This document shows, one piece after another, positions 22,268 through 31,006 of a stretch of DNA of 64,000 nucleotides. Location: the sequence record MK250029.1. One strand, given 5' to 3'. Each line of letters starts with the position of its first letter. Position 1 is the stretch's first letter. A model generated the notes under the pieces. That model saw nothing but the letters and a program-made list of their open reading frames with translations. It was not told where the DNA came from and made no database searches. A program made the translations under genes and the position numbers.

Positions 22268-23212
22268 ATGAGTGATTTTAAAACATTATTCGGACAAACA
22301 AATAATAATCAAGACGAGAAAAAGAATGATATTATTTCTGAACAGAATAATACATCTGTAGATGATTCTAATATACAATCAAAGAATACAAATTCACAAG
22401 TAATTAATACTACAACTGATGGCAAATATGAATGTGAAGATGTAGATGTATTTAATTTTGTAAATATCAATAAATCATTTGGTGATTTTAAGTTATTTGA
22501 TAATCTTAATCTTACTATTAAAGACTTTAAAGATGAGGGTCAATTCATTACATTTATAGGTCAATCTGGATGTGGAAAAACTCAGCTTCTTAAGATGATC
22601 TCTGGAATCTCAAAACCAGATTCAGGTAAGATTATGTTATATGGTAAGGAAATTAAAGAATCTGATAATATACCTATGGTATTTCAGCAGTATTCAAGTT
22701 TTGAATGGATGACTGTTCTAGAAAATATCGCATTACCTATGAAACTTGCTGGCATTGATAAGAAAACACGTGAAGAAAGAGCACGTAAAATTATTAATCT
22801 TATAGGTCTAGATGGTAGTGAAAATAAGTATTGTAGATATGGTGTATTATCTGGTGGTATGTTGCAACGAGCATCAATAGGTAGAGCATTAGCATGTGAT
22901 TCGAAACTATTGATGTTAGATGAATATTCATCTGGTCTTGATTATTTTACAAAATTTGAACTTCAAGATTTGCTTCTTAAAATTTTCAATAATAGAGATG
23001 TTGACAGAACATTTCTTATGGTAACACATGATATTTCAGAGGCAGTTTACCTTTCTAATAGAATTTATATTTTGGAACCAAATCCATGTAGAATTAAGGA
23101 TATTATCGATATTAAATTCAGTCAACCACGAACACAAGCTATTCGTGAAACAGATGAATTTAAAGACTATTACGCAAAAGTTTTAAAGGCATTAAATGAA
23201 ACTGTTAAATAA
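22268..23212 (+). CDS. ABC ATPase (SsuB/TauB/NrtD-like), 314 aa
   Basis: Walker A GQSGCGKT, Q-loop VFQQ, signature LSGGM, Walker B LLMLDE, H-loop VTHD. Confidence 0.92.
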   Translation: MSDFKTLFGQTNNNQDEKKNDIISEQNNTSVDDSNIQSKNTNSQVINTTTDGKYECEDVDVFNFVNINKSFGDFKLFDNLNLTIKDFKDEGQFITFIGQSGCGKTQLLKMISGISKPDSGKIMLYGKEIKESDNIPMVFQQYSSFEWMTVLENIALPMKLAGIDKKTREERARKIINLIGLDGSENKYCRYGVLSGGMLQRASIGRALACDSKLLMLDEYSSGLDYFTKFELQDLLLKIFNNRDVDRTFLMVTHDISEAVYLSNRIYILEPNPCRIKDIIDIKFSQPRTQAIRETDEFKDYYAKVLKALNETVK

Positions 23213-23217
23213 ATTAT

Positions 23218-23529
23218 ATGGTATTTTCAGAATTAACAAATAATAATACAGTTACTATATATACAAAAAATGAGGTAAATACTTATTTTGTAAAACGAAT
23301 AGAATCTAATGATATTTCAACAAATGTCATATTAGAAGACTATAATTATATGATTACAGTTCCAAGAGATGTATCATTTTATATATTACATATAAATAAT
23401 GATATTTCTATTATCACATGTGACAATAGAATAATTGAGTTAATTAATACGGTTAAGAGATTAACAAAAAATTCTATAGGTCTTCAGCTAAATGAACTAT
23501 TTGGAAATGTATTCAAAACAAATATTTAA
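23218..23529 (+). CDS. Hypothetical protein, 103 aa
   Basis: ORF track. Confidence 0.55.
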   Translation: MVFSELTNNNTVTIYTKNEVNTYFVKRIESNDISTNVILEDYNYMITVPRDVSFYILHINNDISIITCDNRIIELINTVKRLTKNSIGLQLNELFGNVFKTNI

Positions 23530-23583
23530 TTATAAATCATGGGTATTTTTTATCCATGATTTTTTTATTTTGAATAAAATATG

Positions 23584-23591
23584 TATCTTTG
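23584..23591 (+). promoter_or_regulatory. Bacteroidota-type -7 promoter box
   Basis: TTGAATAAAATATG-TATCTTTG, just after a terminator hairpin (~23534-23567). Confidence 0.7.
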
Positions 23592-23617
23592 TATTATTAA
23601 TAAAATAATTAATTATT

Positions 23618-24142
23618 ATGAAGCAGTCTAAATTGTATACTAAGAATGAAGGAGGAAATTGTCATAGAGGTCATAATCATGGTTCTGAAAAGAAATACAG
23701 ATCTCGATATGATAGACATAAAAAGATTACAAAATTTGAAATTGATAATGAAATAACAAGGAAGAAATCTCATTATAATAAAAATAAACGAACAAATTAT
23801 GATTATGGGCCTCTATATAATTACTTACTTAAACAAGTAGGAAAGAAATGGGAAACTGTATGGAAAGATATATTTCCACGTGTTGATAATAATCCTGAAC
23901 CTATTGTATATATGGTTATAAATATAAATACACATGGAATTGTTATTACGCATGATATAAGTAATGCAGAACCTATGTTTAACTGTTCATTATACAATAA
24001 TGGTGTTCGTTCTTATTCAACATTGTATGTTGATGAAAATGATATATTACAATTTGTTGATAAAGATTTCAAACCCAATGATAGATATGAAGGTCTTGGC
24101 TTTGGACAATCTTTCAATGGAAAAGAAATTTCTACCATATAA
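23618..24142 (+). CDS. Basic hypothetical protein, 174 aa
   Basis: ORF track; YDYGPLYNYLLKQVGKKWETVW segment. Confidence 0.7.
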   Translation: MKQSKLYTKNEGGNCHRGHNHGSEKKYRSRYDRHKKITKFEIDNEITRKKSHYNKNKRTNYDYGPLYNYLLKQVGKKWETVWKDIFPRVDNNPEPIVYMVININTHGIVITHDISNAEPMFNCSLYNNGVRSYSTLYVDENDILQFVDKDFKPNDRYEGLGFGQSFNGKEISTI

Positions 24143-24166
24143 TTTTTTTATTTGGAATAAAAGGTG

Positions 24167-24174
24167 TATCTTTG
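24167..24174 (+). promoter_or_regulatory. Bacteroidota-type -7 promoter box
   Basis: GGAATAAAAGGTG-TATCTTTG. Confidence 0.65.
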
Positions 24175-24216
24175 TATTGTTAATGAAATAATAAACAATT
24201 AAAAATATAAAGAAAA

Positions 24217-24543
24217 ATGAGAGCAAATTTCACAACAGTTATCAAAAAGAGAGCAATTAAAAATGTACCAGCATTTCATGAGTTCTCTATGAGACAGATT
24301 AAGGTTATTAGTAATTCAGCTAATTATCCAAATTCTGTTACATTGTCTATGGACATTTATTGTGATAATGTTGATGGATATATTTTCAATAATGCATCTA
24401 CAAATGAGCAATATGCACTTACTGCAATTCAACTCAGTGAAGCATTACAGAAGATGATAAATAATAGAAAATGTTATAAGCCTAATAGTGAATCTGATTT
24501 GCTTAGACTTACATTTGATATTATTGAATCTTTTAAATTTTAA
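24217..24543 (+). CDS. Hypothetical protein, 108 aa
   Basis: ORF track. Confidence 0.7.
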   Translation: MRANFTTVIKKRAIKNVPAFHEFSMRQIKVISNSANYPNSVTLSMDIYCDNVDGYIFNNASTNEQYALTAIQLSEALQKMINNRKCYKPNSESDLLRLTFDIIESFKF

Positions 24544-24554
24544 TTGATTTAATG

Positions 24555-24583
24555 TAGACAATAATAAGATATTAGTATATAAT
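24555..24583 (+). promoter_or_regulatory. Sigma70-like promoter TAGACA-N17-TATAAT upstream of the tRNA
   Basis: Exact 17-nt spacing. Confidence 0.5.
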
Positions 24584-24803
24584 ATATAAATTGTTTAATG
24601 AAACAAATTAATGAATTTAAAATTAAATTTANNNNNNNNNNNNNNNNNNNNNNNNNAATTAATAATAAATAACATATAAATAATATAATAATTAAAAACA
24701 AACGCTTATTTAATTTTCGTAGCGTTATGGATAAGTTGAATGTAGAATTCAGAAATTCCTTTTAGGACGAAGATACACCACATGGCGAGGTGGTGGAATT
24801 GGT

Positions 24804-25111
24804 AAAGTGTTTGCCTGCATTAATTTGTAGAATCCATCAAATTCAGTATCAGTTAGGATTAAATTTTGAATATGAGTAGTCGCTATTGACAAAAATATTG
24901 ACAATAATTAAATTATTGTTACCTGAGGAATAAGTGTTTATTAAATAAACAACGAAGAAGCTGACTAAGAAAACCTAAGGTCTTCATAAGAAGATAGCTT
25001 GGTAATACTGAGCCAAGATAATTTTAATTATAAGGTGCAGAGACTATACGGTGGGAACTAATAGCAAGTTAAGATATAGTCCAAACTTTATAGAAATATA
25101 AAGAGTTTTTG
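24804..25111 (+). mobile_element. Group I intron in the tRNA D-loop (308 nt, no ORF)
   Basis: P1 GGUAAA/UUUGCC puts U.G at the 5' splice site; P7 GACTAT 25042-25047 pairs with ATAGTC 25076-25081; terminal G 25111. Confidence 0.85.
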
Positions 25112-25126
25112 AGACACGAGGGACTT

Positions 25127-25466
25127 AAAAAATTTGAGTGCTCTATTGAGAAATCATAGAAGTAGAATCTCCCTAACGAAACGGAAACCTAATTATTGGT
25201 GACAATAATGGTGGTGACGAACTCACTAAGTTGTTATAGAACGCGAATCTATATTAAATGTAAATTGAAGTGTTACAGCATAAATGGCGAAGAGACTATA
25301 GAGGAGATACCTAAGTTAAAGTACACAAAGAATAATCATTTTTGATTATCACTATATATGAAGAATTTATAATAAGGAATGCGCATTACTTTAATATGGT
25401 AGTAAAATAGTCCAGACTACAACATCTTAATTTTAAGGTGGCTTATGTTAAAGTAAGAGTAGTAAG
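25127..25466 (+). mobile_element. Group I intron in the anticodon, U^AA (340 nt, no ORF)
   Basis: P1 ACUUAAA/UUUGAGU with U34.G; P7 GACTAT 25294-25299 pairs with ATAGTC 25407-25412; terminal G 25466. Confidence 0.88.
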
Positions 25467-25519
25467 AAAATCCCTTGGACAGTAATGTCCGTGCCGGTTC
25501 GATCCCGGTCCTCGCTACT

Positions 25520-25556
25520 AAAGTCTGATAACTAATATAGTTATCAGACTTTTTCT
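25520..25556 (+). terminator. Intrinsic terminator after the tRNA
   Basis: AAAGTCTGATAACTA-A-TATAGTTATCAGACTTTTT. Confidence 0.8.
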
Positions 25557-25596
25557 TTTTTATAATATATATAAATTATAATTAATAATTTTAATC

Positions 25597-26733
25597 ATGA
25601 TTACAATAACAGAACAATATATAAAGGATTATAAAGATAAGTTAGATAAAATCGCAAAGTCATTCGATTTGGGTAAACAGAAAATAATCGTTGAAGAATT
25701 ATCTATTAAAGTTTCAGCACCAGATTTTTGGGATGATTTTGAAAATGCAACAACTATTACAAAGGAACTTAATACAGCAAAAGAAAAGATTAAAGATGTT
25801 TCACTTATCAATATGTTAATAGATGATCTTGAAACTGCTTTAATGTATTATAAAGAGTTTGAAGGTAAGGATGAAGAAGAACTTGTTAATCTTGCTAATG
25901 ATGAATTAATTAAAGAATTTAAAATATTTGAAAACAAATATAGATTTGTAGATCCTACTGATTCATTGGGTGCAGTATTAGATATTAATGCAGGTGCAGG
26001 TGGAACAGAAGCAAATGATTGGGCAAATATGTTATTCAGAATGTATGATATGTGGGCTAAATCAAATGGTTATAAATTTAAGATTTTATATTATTCAGAA
26101 GGTGATAAAGTAGGTATTAAAAATGTATCTATTGAAATTACCGGTAATAATGCATATGGTACATTAAAAGGTGAAACTGGTGTTCATCGTCTTGTTCGTG
26201 TTTCCCCTTATAATGCGCAGGGAAAGAGAATGACAAGTTTTGCGGCAGTTTCTGTTGTTCCGTTGGTAGATAATTCAATTAAAGTTGAAATTGATGAGTC
26301 TAAATTAACAATAGATACATTTAGATCTTCTGGTGCAGGAGGACAAAATGTTAATAAAGTTGAATCAGGTGTACGTGTAAATTATATGTATACAGATCCT
26401 GATACAGGTGAAACTGAAAAGATTCAGGTTGCAAATACAGAAACACGTGATCAACCAAAAAATAAGGAACGTGCAATGCAGATTCTTAAATCTATTCTTT
26501 ATAAAAAAGCGTTAGATAAACAACTTGCAAAGAAAAAGGAAATTGAAGATGCTAAACTAAAAAATGAATGGGGTGCACAGATTAGATCTTATGTATTTGA
26601 TGATAAGCGTGTAAAGGATCATCGTACTGGTTATCAAACAACTGATGTAGATTCTGTTATGAATGGAAATTTAAATGGATTTATAGAATCTTATAATAAT
26701 TGGATAATTGAGCAGGAAAATAATAAACTTTAA
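25597..26733 (+). CDS. prfB: Peptide chain release factor 2, 378 aa
   Basis: GAGGTEANDW, GETGVHRLVRVSPY (SPF-like specificity tripeptide), SGAGGQNVNKVES, QIRSYV; no programmed frameshift. Confidence 0.93.
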   Translation: MITITEQYIKDYKDKLDKIAKSFDLGKQKIIVEELSIKVSAPDFWDDFENATTITKELNTAKEKIKDVSLINMLIDDLETALMYYKEFEGKDEEELVNLANDELIKEFKIFENKYRFVDPTDSLGAVLDINAGAGGTEANDWANMLFRMYDMWAKSNGYKFKILYYSEGDKVGIKNVSIEITGNNAYGTLKGETGVHRLVRVSPYNAQGKRMTSFAAVSVVPLVDNSIKVEIDESKLTIDTFRSSGAGGQNVNKVESGVRVNYMYTDPDTGETEKIQVANTETRDQPKNKERAMQILKSILYKKALDKQLAKKKEIEDAKLKNEWGAQIRSYVFDDKRVKDHRTGYQTTDVDSVMNGNLNGFIESYNNWIIEQENNKL

Positions 26734-26790
26734 TATATATTCATTATATAAGTATTTAATGAATTATTTTTCTATTTAAATAAAAATGTG

Positions 26791-26798
26791 TATCTTTG
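26791..26798 (+). promoter_or_regulatory. Bacteroidota-type -7 promoter box
   Basis: TTAAATAAAAATGTG-TATCTTTG. Confidence 0.7.
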
Positions 26799-26838
26799 TA
26801 TTGTTAATAAAATAATAAACAATTAAGAATATAAAGAT

Positions 26839-27057
26839 ATGAAAATTAAGGTTGGTAGAAATAATGAGTTCGTAGAACTTGAAGAATATGATTCAATTGT
26901 AATTATTGATGATAATGGTCATGAATTTCGTATCTCTCCTACACAGAAATGTTGGGGTAAGGGTTTTGAAATTAATGATCCTGATGGAAGTTTGGTAATT
27001 CGTCCATGTGTATCTAATGAAGTAATGGTATTTTCATCTTCAGAAGTTGGTTTGTAA
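26839..27057 (+). CDS. Small hypothetical protein, 72 aa
   Basis: ORF track. Confidence 0.7.
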   Translation: MKIKVGRNNEFVELEEYDSIVIIDDNGHEFRISPTQKCWGKGFEINDPDGSLVIRPCVSNEVMVFSSSEVGL

Positions 27058-27136
27058 ATTATAACTTTCATTAATAACGCAATCACAATAATTATTATTT
27101 TACAGTTTGATTTTAAACTAAATTTAATTATTATAT

Positions 27137-27688
27137 ATGAGTTGTCATACTTGGGTTTACAAACGTATTGATTCAATGTCTCGTGAAGAGATTAATCAAG
27201 AAATTGATTGTGTTATTAATGAACGTTTATCTCGTGCATACATGAGTGAAAATGAAGAGGAATATGCAAATAAAATGGTTAAATTAACAAAAGACAGTTC
27301 AATTTCTCCATTATCATATTCAGATGCAATTAAACGATATAAAGAAGCACGATATGAAACATCACTTATTGTAAAGAAATTACAGGAAGCTAAACGTACA
27401 GGTGATTTATCTCTTATAACAGATATAAATGGATTTGATACAGCAGAAAATAATACATATCTATTTTTATGTAATGATATGCCATTTAGATGTTATGATT
27501 ATACAGATAAACAATGTTATAATAAAGATGAGCTTATTGAATTTGTACATACAGTTGAACCAAATAATATTGCAATATATGATGAAAATAATAATCAGCA
27601 TATAGGTATTCCTGTAGACATAGATGAACGAATATCTGATTTTTTTGATAAACATGGTATTAACAATTTATTAATTGAATTTGGTTGA
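27137..27688 (+). CDS. Hypothetical protein, 183 aa
   Basis: ORF track; MSCHTWVYK start. Confidence 0.75.
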   Translation: MSCHTWVYKRIDSMSREEINQEIDCVINERLSRAYMSENEEEYANKMVKLTKDSSISPLSYSDAIKRYKEARYETSLIVKKLQEAKRTGDLSLITDINGFDTAENNTYLFLCNDMPFRCYDYTDKQCYNKDELIEFVHTVEPNNIAIYDENNNQHIGIPVDIDERISDFFDKHGINNLLIEFG

Positions 27689-27689
27689 T

Positions 27690-28142
27690 ATGAGAACAAA
27701 TATAGATTTACATCCTATTGCTATAGGATATACAAATTGTGATATTGAACTTGATTCATTTTCATTACTTTGTTGTCTTGATGAAATAGGGTTTACATAT
27801 CCAAAAACAGACAAATATTTAAATGTAGGTGCATGTAGGAATTTAAGAGAATTTAATGAGATACATGATAAAATATATTATTATATGATTTATGATTTTC
27901 TATGTTCTACATATGGTATTTCTGTAACATTTTTTGAGGGTGAATCTATTTCATATAATGAACGAGGTGTAATAGAAAAAGTTGAAGTTGATGGAATGGA
28001 TAAAGAATCTGATATATACAAGATTATATCAAATATGGTATTTGATAATATTAATATTGCATATAAGACTGTTGCACATATGATCGTATCAGATTTAAAT
28101 TGGAGACATATTCAAAAGAAAAATTTTTCTAAGATAAAATAA
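27690..28142 (+). CDS. Hypothetical protein, ~150 aa
   Basis: ATG 27690 directly follows the previous stop. Confidence 0.65.
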   Translation: MRTNIDLHPIAIGYTNCDIELDSFSLLCCLDEIGFTYPKTDKYLNVGACRNLREFNEIHDKIYYYMIYDFLCSTYGISVTFFEGESISYNERGVIEKVEVDGMDKESDIYKIISNMVFDNINIAYKTVAHMIVSDLNWRHIQKKNFSKIK

Positions 28143-28212
28143 GACTTTATTATTAAACACATATATAAAGAATAATTAATTTAACATATTAACTTTTAAA
28201 TTTAGATTTAGC

Positions 28213-28776
28213 ATGGGATTATTTGAACTTTTTAATAAGAAAAATGCTGCAGATGTAAGTACATTGTTTACTGATGAAAATAAAGTTTCTATTTCAGCAG
28301 CAGATGCATATAAGAAGTCTCGCTATGGTATCTTGAAATCTGATAAGATGATGCTTGAAGAATTCTTTACAGATGTAAAACTTATGGTAGAGCAGAAGAA
28401 TATGGAGCGTAGTTATTGTGGTATGCTTCAGCTTGATGATGACATTATTAAGTTTCTTCCTCGTATTAAGGATCGGTTGATGCGTCAACTTGGATTTAAA
28501 GTAATCATTCTTGATGATAATTCTGTTATTACAAATAAAGAATTGAAGTCAGAAGATACAATTAAAACAGGTAGTACATTTGTTTTGCTTGTATGGAATA
28601 AACAGGCAATTGAGGAAGTTGAAGAAATGAAAGCAAACAATTTGTTGGAACCTATTTCAGATGACTCATCAATTGCAACAGAAACAGTAGATTCTATTAA
28701 GGATGAAAAGAAAGAGGAAATAACTCCTGCTATTTCTGGAAATTCTAATCCTATGAAGAAACATCTTAATAGTTAA
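28213..28776 (+). CDS. Hypothetical protein, 187 aa
   Basis: ORF track; AAGACT-N17-TATAAA at 28141-28169. Confidence 0.75.
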   Translation: MGLFELFNKKNAADVSTLFTDENKVSISAADAYKKSRYGILKSDKMMLEEFFTDVKLMVEQKNMERSYCGMLQLDDDIIKFLPRIKDRLMRQLGFKVIILDDNSVITNKELKSEDTIKTGSTFVLLVWNKQAIEEVEEMKANNLLEPISDDSSIATETVDSIKDEKKEEITPAISGNSNPMKKHLNS

Positions 28777-28794
28777 AAAAAAATTGTTAAAATA

Positions 28795-28823
28795 TAGACT
28801 TTTTAAATATTAAGACATATAAT
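28795..28823 (+). promoter_or_regulatory. Sigma70-like promoter TAGACT-N17-TATAAT
   Basis: Exact spacing; no ORF before the terminator at 29241. Confidence 0.5.
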
Positions 28824-28829
28824 ATATAA

Positions 28830-29280
28830 AATAAATATAGTGATACTAAATTTAAATATGTTTGATAAGTTATATATTTAAGTCATTGGAAGAATTTAAA
28901 TTATAACATACATATAAAAATTTGATTAAATTATATTTATAAAAAAGATAAGATTTAGATAATTATTTTTCTATATATTTAATATATAGTTTTCTTAGGT
29001 TAACTTCACATATATTATATGTTATTAAGTTAAATATCTAAATAATAAGAATAGAGAAAATGGTGATTATATGATTATACATAAGATGTTTTTTAATTAT
29101 CCTTAGTTTTTAAATGTATAATCATTTCCGTTTAAATGTTTTGGTTTTGGATAATTAACAATCATTTAAACAAATTAAAAAGAAGGGAGTGTTTATCACT
29201 TAGATAAACACAAAAGAAGAAAAGGAAAGATAGATGATAAGAGTGAAAGTCGTTGTGATAACGGTTTTCACTCATTTTTT
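28830..29280 (+). ncRNA. Candidate structured ncRNA of unknown class
   Basis: ORF-free unit between a promoter and a terminator; stems 29071-82/29114-25, 29130-38/29163-71 and 29189-97/29203-11; 10-bp loop-loop complementarity. Confidence 0.4.
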
Positions 29281-29281
29281 T
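29241..29281 (+). terminator. Intrinsic terminator
   Basis: GAGTGAAAGTCGTT-GTGAT-AACGGTTTTCACTC plus T-run. Confidence 0.75.
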
Positions 29282-29316
29282 ATTATTTAATATTTTTATA
29301 TTTAAATAAAAATGTG

Positions 29317-29324
29317 TATCTTTG
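29317..29324 (+). promoter_or_regulatory. Bacteroidota-type -7 promoter box
   Basis: TTAAATAAAAATGTG-TATCTTTG, same context as 26791. Confidence 0.7.
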
Positions 29325-29363
29325 TAATATACTATAATAGTAATTATTAAAATTAATTTATAT

Positions 29364-30953
29364 ATGAAATATTTGTTGAATTGGATCGAAAAAGAATTAA
29401 ATCCAGAACGGCATGTGAGTTCAAAAACAACATCATCTGAATATTATTATTTTTATGGTGCAAAAGTTCGATTTGCTGATCATATTTCAGATAGAAATGA
29501 TAGTGATTTGGAAATTATATTAGTAAAGGATTTAACTGGTCAAAATAAACATTATCTGATAAAGGAGCAGAATTATCCTGTAATGGTATCTGTTCCTGAC
29601 GTAAAAACTTTAAAAATTGTATTATCTACATTTATATTCCAATTTAAGAATAGATATTCAGATAATATAGTAAAAGAAGCAAATAAGTCAGAGGAGAATA
29701 AAAAAATATTAAATACATGTTTAAATCAGCTACGTTCAAATAATAATGCTAATTTAGATATATTTCAAACATTTGATAAATGCATTTATAGTATTATTCC
29801 TCAATGGCATAATATGAAACAAATATATAGAATTATATTCATGCATTTATTTAAATTATGTGGTGATATTGACAAGATTAAGGATATTATTGATATTGAA
29901 TTTCCGAATGATAATCAAAATGATTGGCATCATAAGAATACTAATGATATTATTAATATATTAGTAACATATTTTCCAGATGATTATAATATCAGAAATA
30001 TTATTGGATTAGACGAAACTATTAGTCCTAAAGAAAAATTTGCTAATTGTTTTAATGAATACTATAAGAATCTTGATGTTAATATAGAAGATATGAAGGA
30101 AGAAGATAAATCTAAATTCTTAAATGCATTTGGAAGTCTTCTTGCATTAGATACAAAAAATAAATATGCTAAATGTTCAGATCATCAAAAGAAGTATATC
30201 CGTTCATTACTTAATGAACATATATCATATGATAATATTTTGAAATTTGTGAATAGTATATTTGATGTTTTATTTACACCAAAGATGAAACATAAAAATG
30301 ATGCACCACAAATAAAAATTATTGTTGATAAATTCTTACGGATGTATAATATTGGAATTATTAAATTTCCAAATGAATATGACTTTGATTCTACTTATAA
30401 CAATAATTTTAATCATATTGATGTAATACAGGAAGAATCTACTGATATTGAAAAAACTACTGATGATACTACTATTAATGAAAATATAGAAGTAACGGAA
30501 AATAAGGAACCATGTAATGATATTCAATATGAAACTATAACAGATTATATTCCTGATACTGATATTACTATTAAAGATTCATATAATTATGCATCTACAG
30601 AATTTGATGATATTCAAGATATTCATGAAATGTTTGAACAGAATCAAATTAATATACTTAATGATGTAATTAAGAAAATTAATGATACCAATAAGTATAC
30701 ATCATTTGAAACTAGACGTATTACTGATATATTTGCTTCACATTATTCAGATATATGGGAGAAACTTACATGGACACAAAAAGAACTTTGTTCATCTATT
30801 ATAACAAATGAACGAATGAATTTGAGTGAAACTGATTATATTATCAATAAAATATTTGATAAAACATCGTTTAATTTCCCTGTAACGGAACTTTGTCGTA
30901 AATATATAAAAGAATATAGTCAACGTATAAAGGAGAGCCGTATGGCTGCTTAA
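29364..30953 (+). CDS. Multidomain hypothetical protein with an acidic linker, 529 aa
   Basis: ORF track; no TAG. Confidence 0.75.
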   Translation: MKYLLNWIEKELNPERHVSSKTTSSEYYYFYGAKVRFADHISDRNDSDLEIILVKDLTGQNKHYLIKEQNYPVMVSVPDVKTLKIVLSTFIFQFKNRYSDNIVKEANKSEENKKILNTCLNQLRSNNNANLDIFQTFDKCIYSIIPQWHNMKQIYRIIFMHLFKLCGDIDKIKDIIDIEFPNDNQNDWHHKNTNDIINILVTYFPDDYNIRNIIGLDETISPKEKFANCFNEYYKNLDVNIEDMKEEDKSKFLNAFGSLLALDTKNKYAKCSDHQKKYIRSLLNEHISYDNILKFVNSIFDVLFTPKMKHKNDAPQIKIIVDKFLRMYNIGIIKFPNEYDFDSTYNNNFNHIDVIQEESTDIEKTTDDTTINENIEVTENKEPCNDIQYETITDYIPDTDITIKDSYNYASTEFDDIQDIHEMFEQNQINILNDVIKKINDTNKYTSFETRRITDIFASHYSDIWEKLTWTQKELCSSIITNERMNLSETDYIINKIFDKTSFNFPVTELCRKYIKEYSQRIKESRMAA

Positions 30954-30957
30954 AATA

Positions 30958-31006
30958 AGAAATAGGATAGATATACTAATACAGTTATCTATCCTATTTT
31001 ATTTTT
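30958..31006. terminator. Bidirectional terminator
   Basis: AAATAGGATAGATA...TATCTATCCTATTT between convergent genes. Confidence 0.75.

Larger units (their letters stand above)
24784..25517 (+). tRNA. trnL: tRNA-Leu(UAA) in three exons (24784-24803, 25112-25126, 25467-25517), no encoded CCA
   Basis: Spliced sequence GGCGAGGTGGTGGAATTGGT|AGACACGAGGGACTT|AAAATCCCTTGGACAGTAATGTCCGTGCCGGTTCGATCCCGGTCCTCGCTA folds as a class II Leu cloverleaf with a long variable arm. Confidence 0.92.

Noticed and set aside
24727-24932. Code-15 ORF MDKLNVEF... running through the tRNA 5' exon and first intron
   Set aside because: Overlaps a well-supported tRNA and intron, has no nuclease motifs, and is probably chance
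24961-24980. ctaagaaaacctaa resembling the CLec 3' end (58958-58970) as a DGR template
   Set aside because: Match is only ~13 nt and lies inside the intron core
25660-25690. Programmed +1 frameshift in prfB
   Set aside because: No CTT-TGA slippery site; the ORF is continuous
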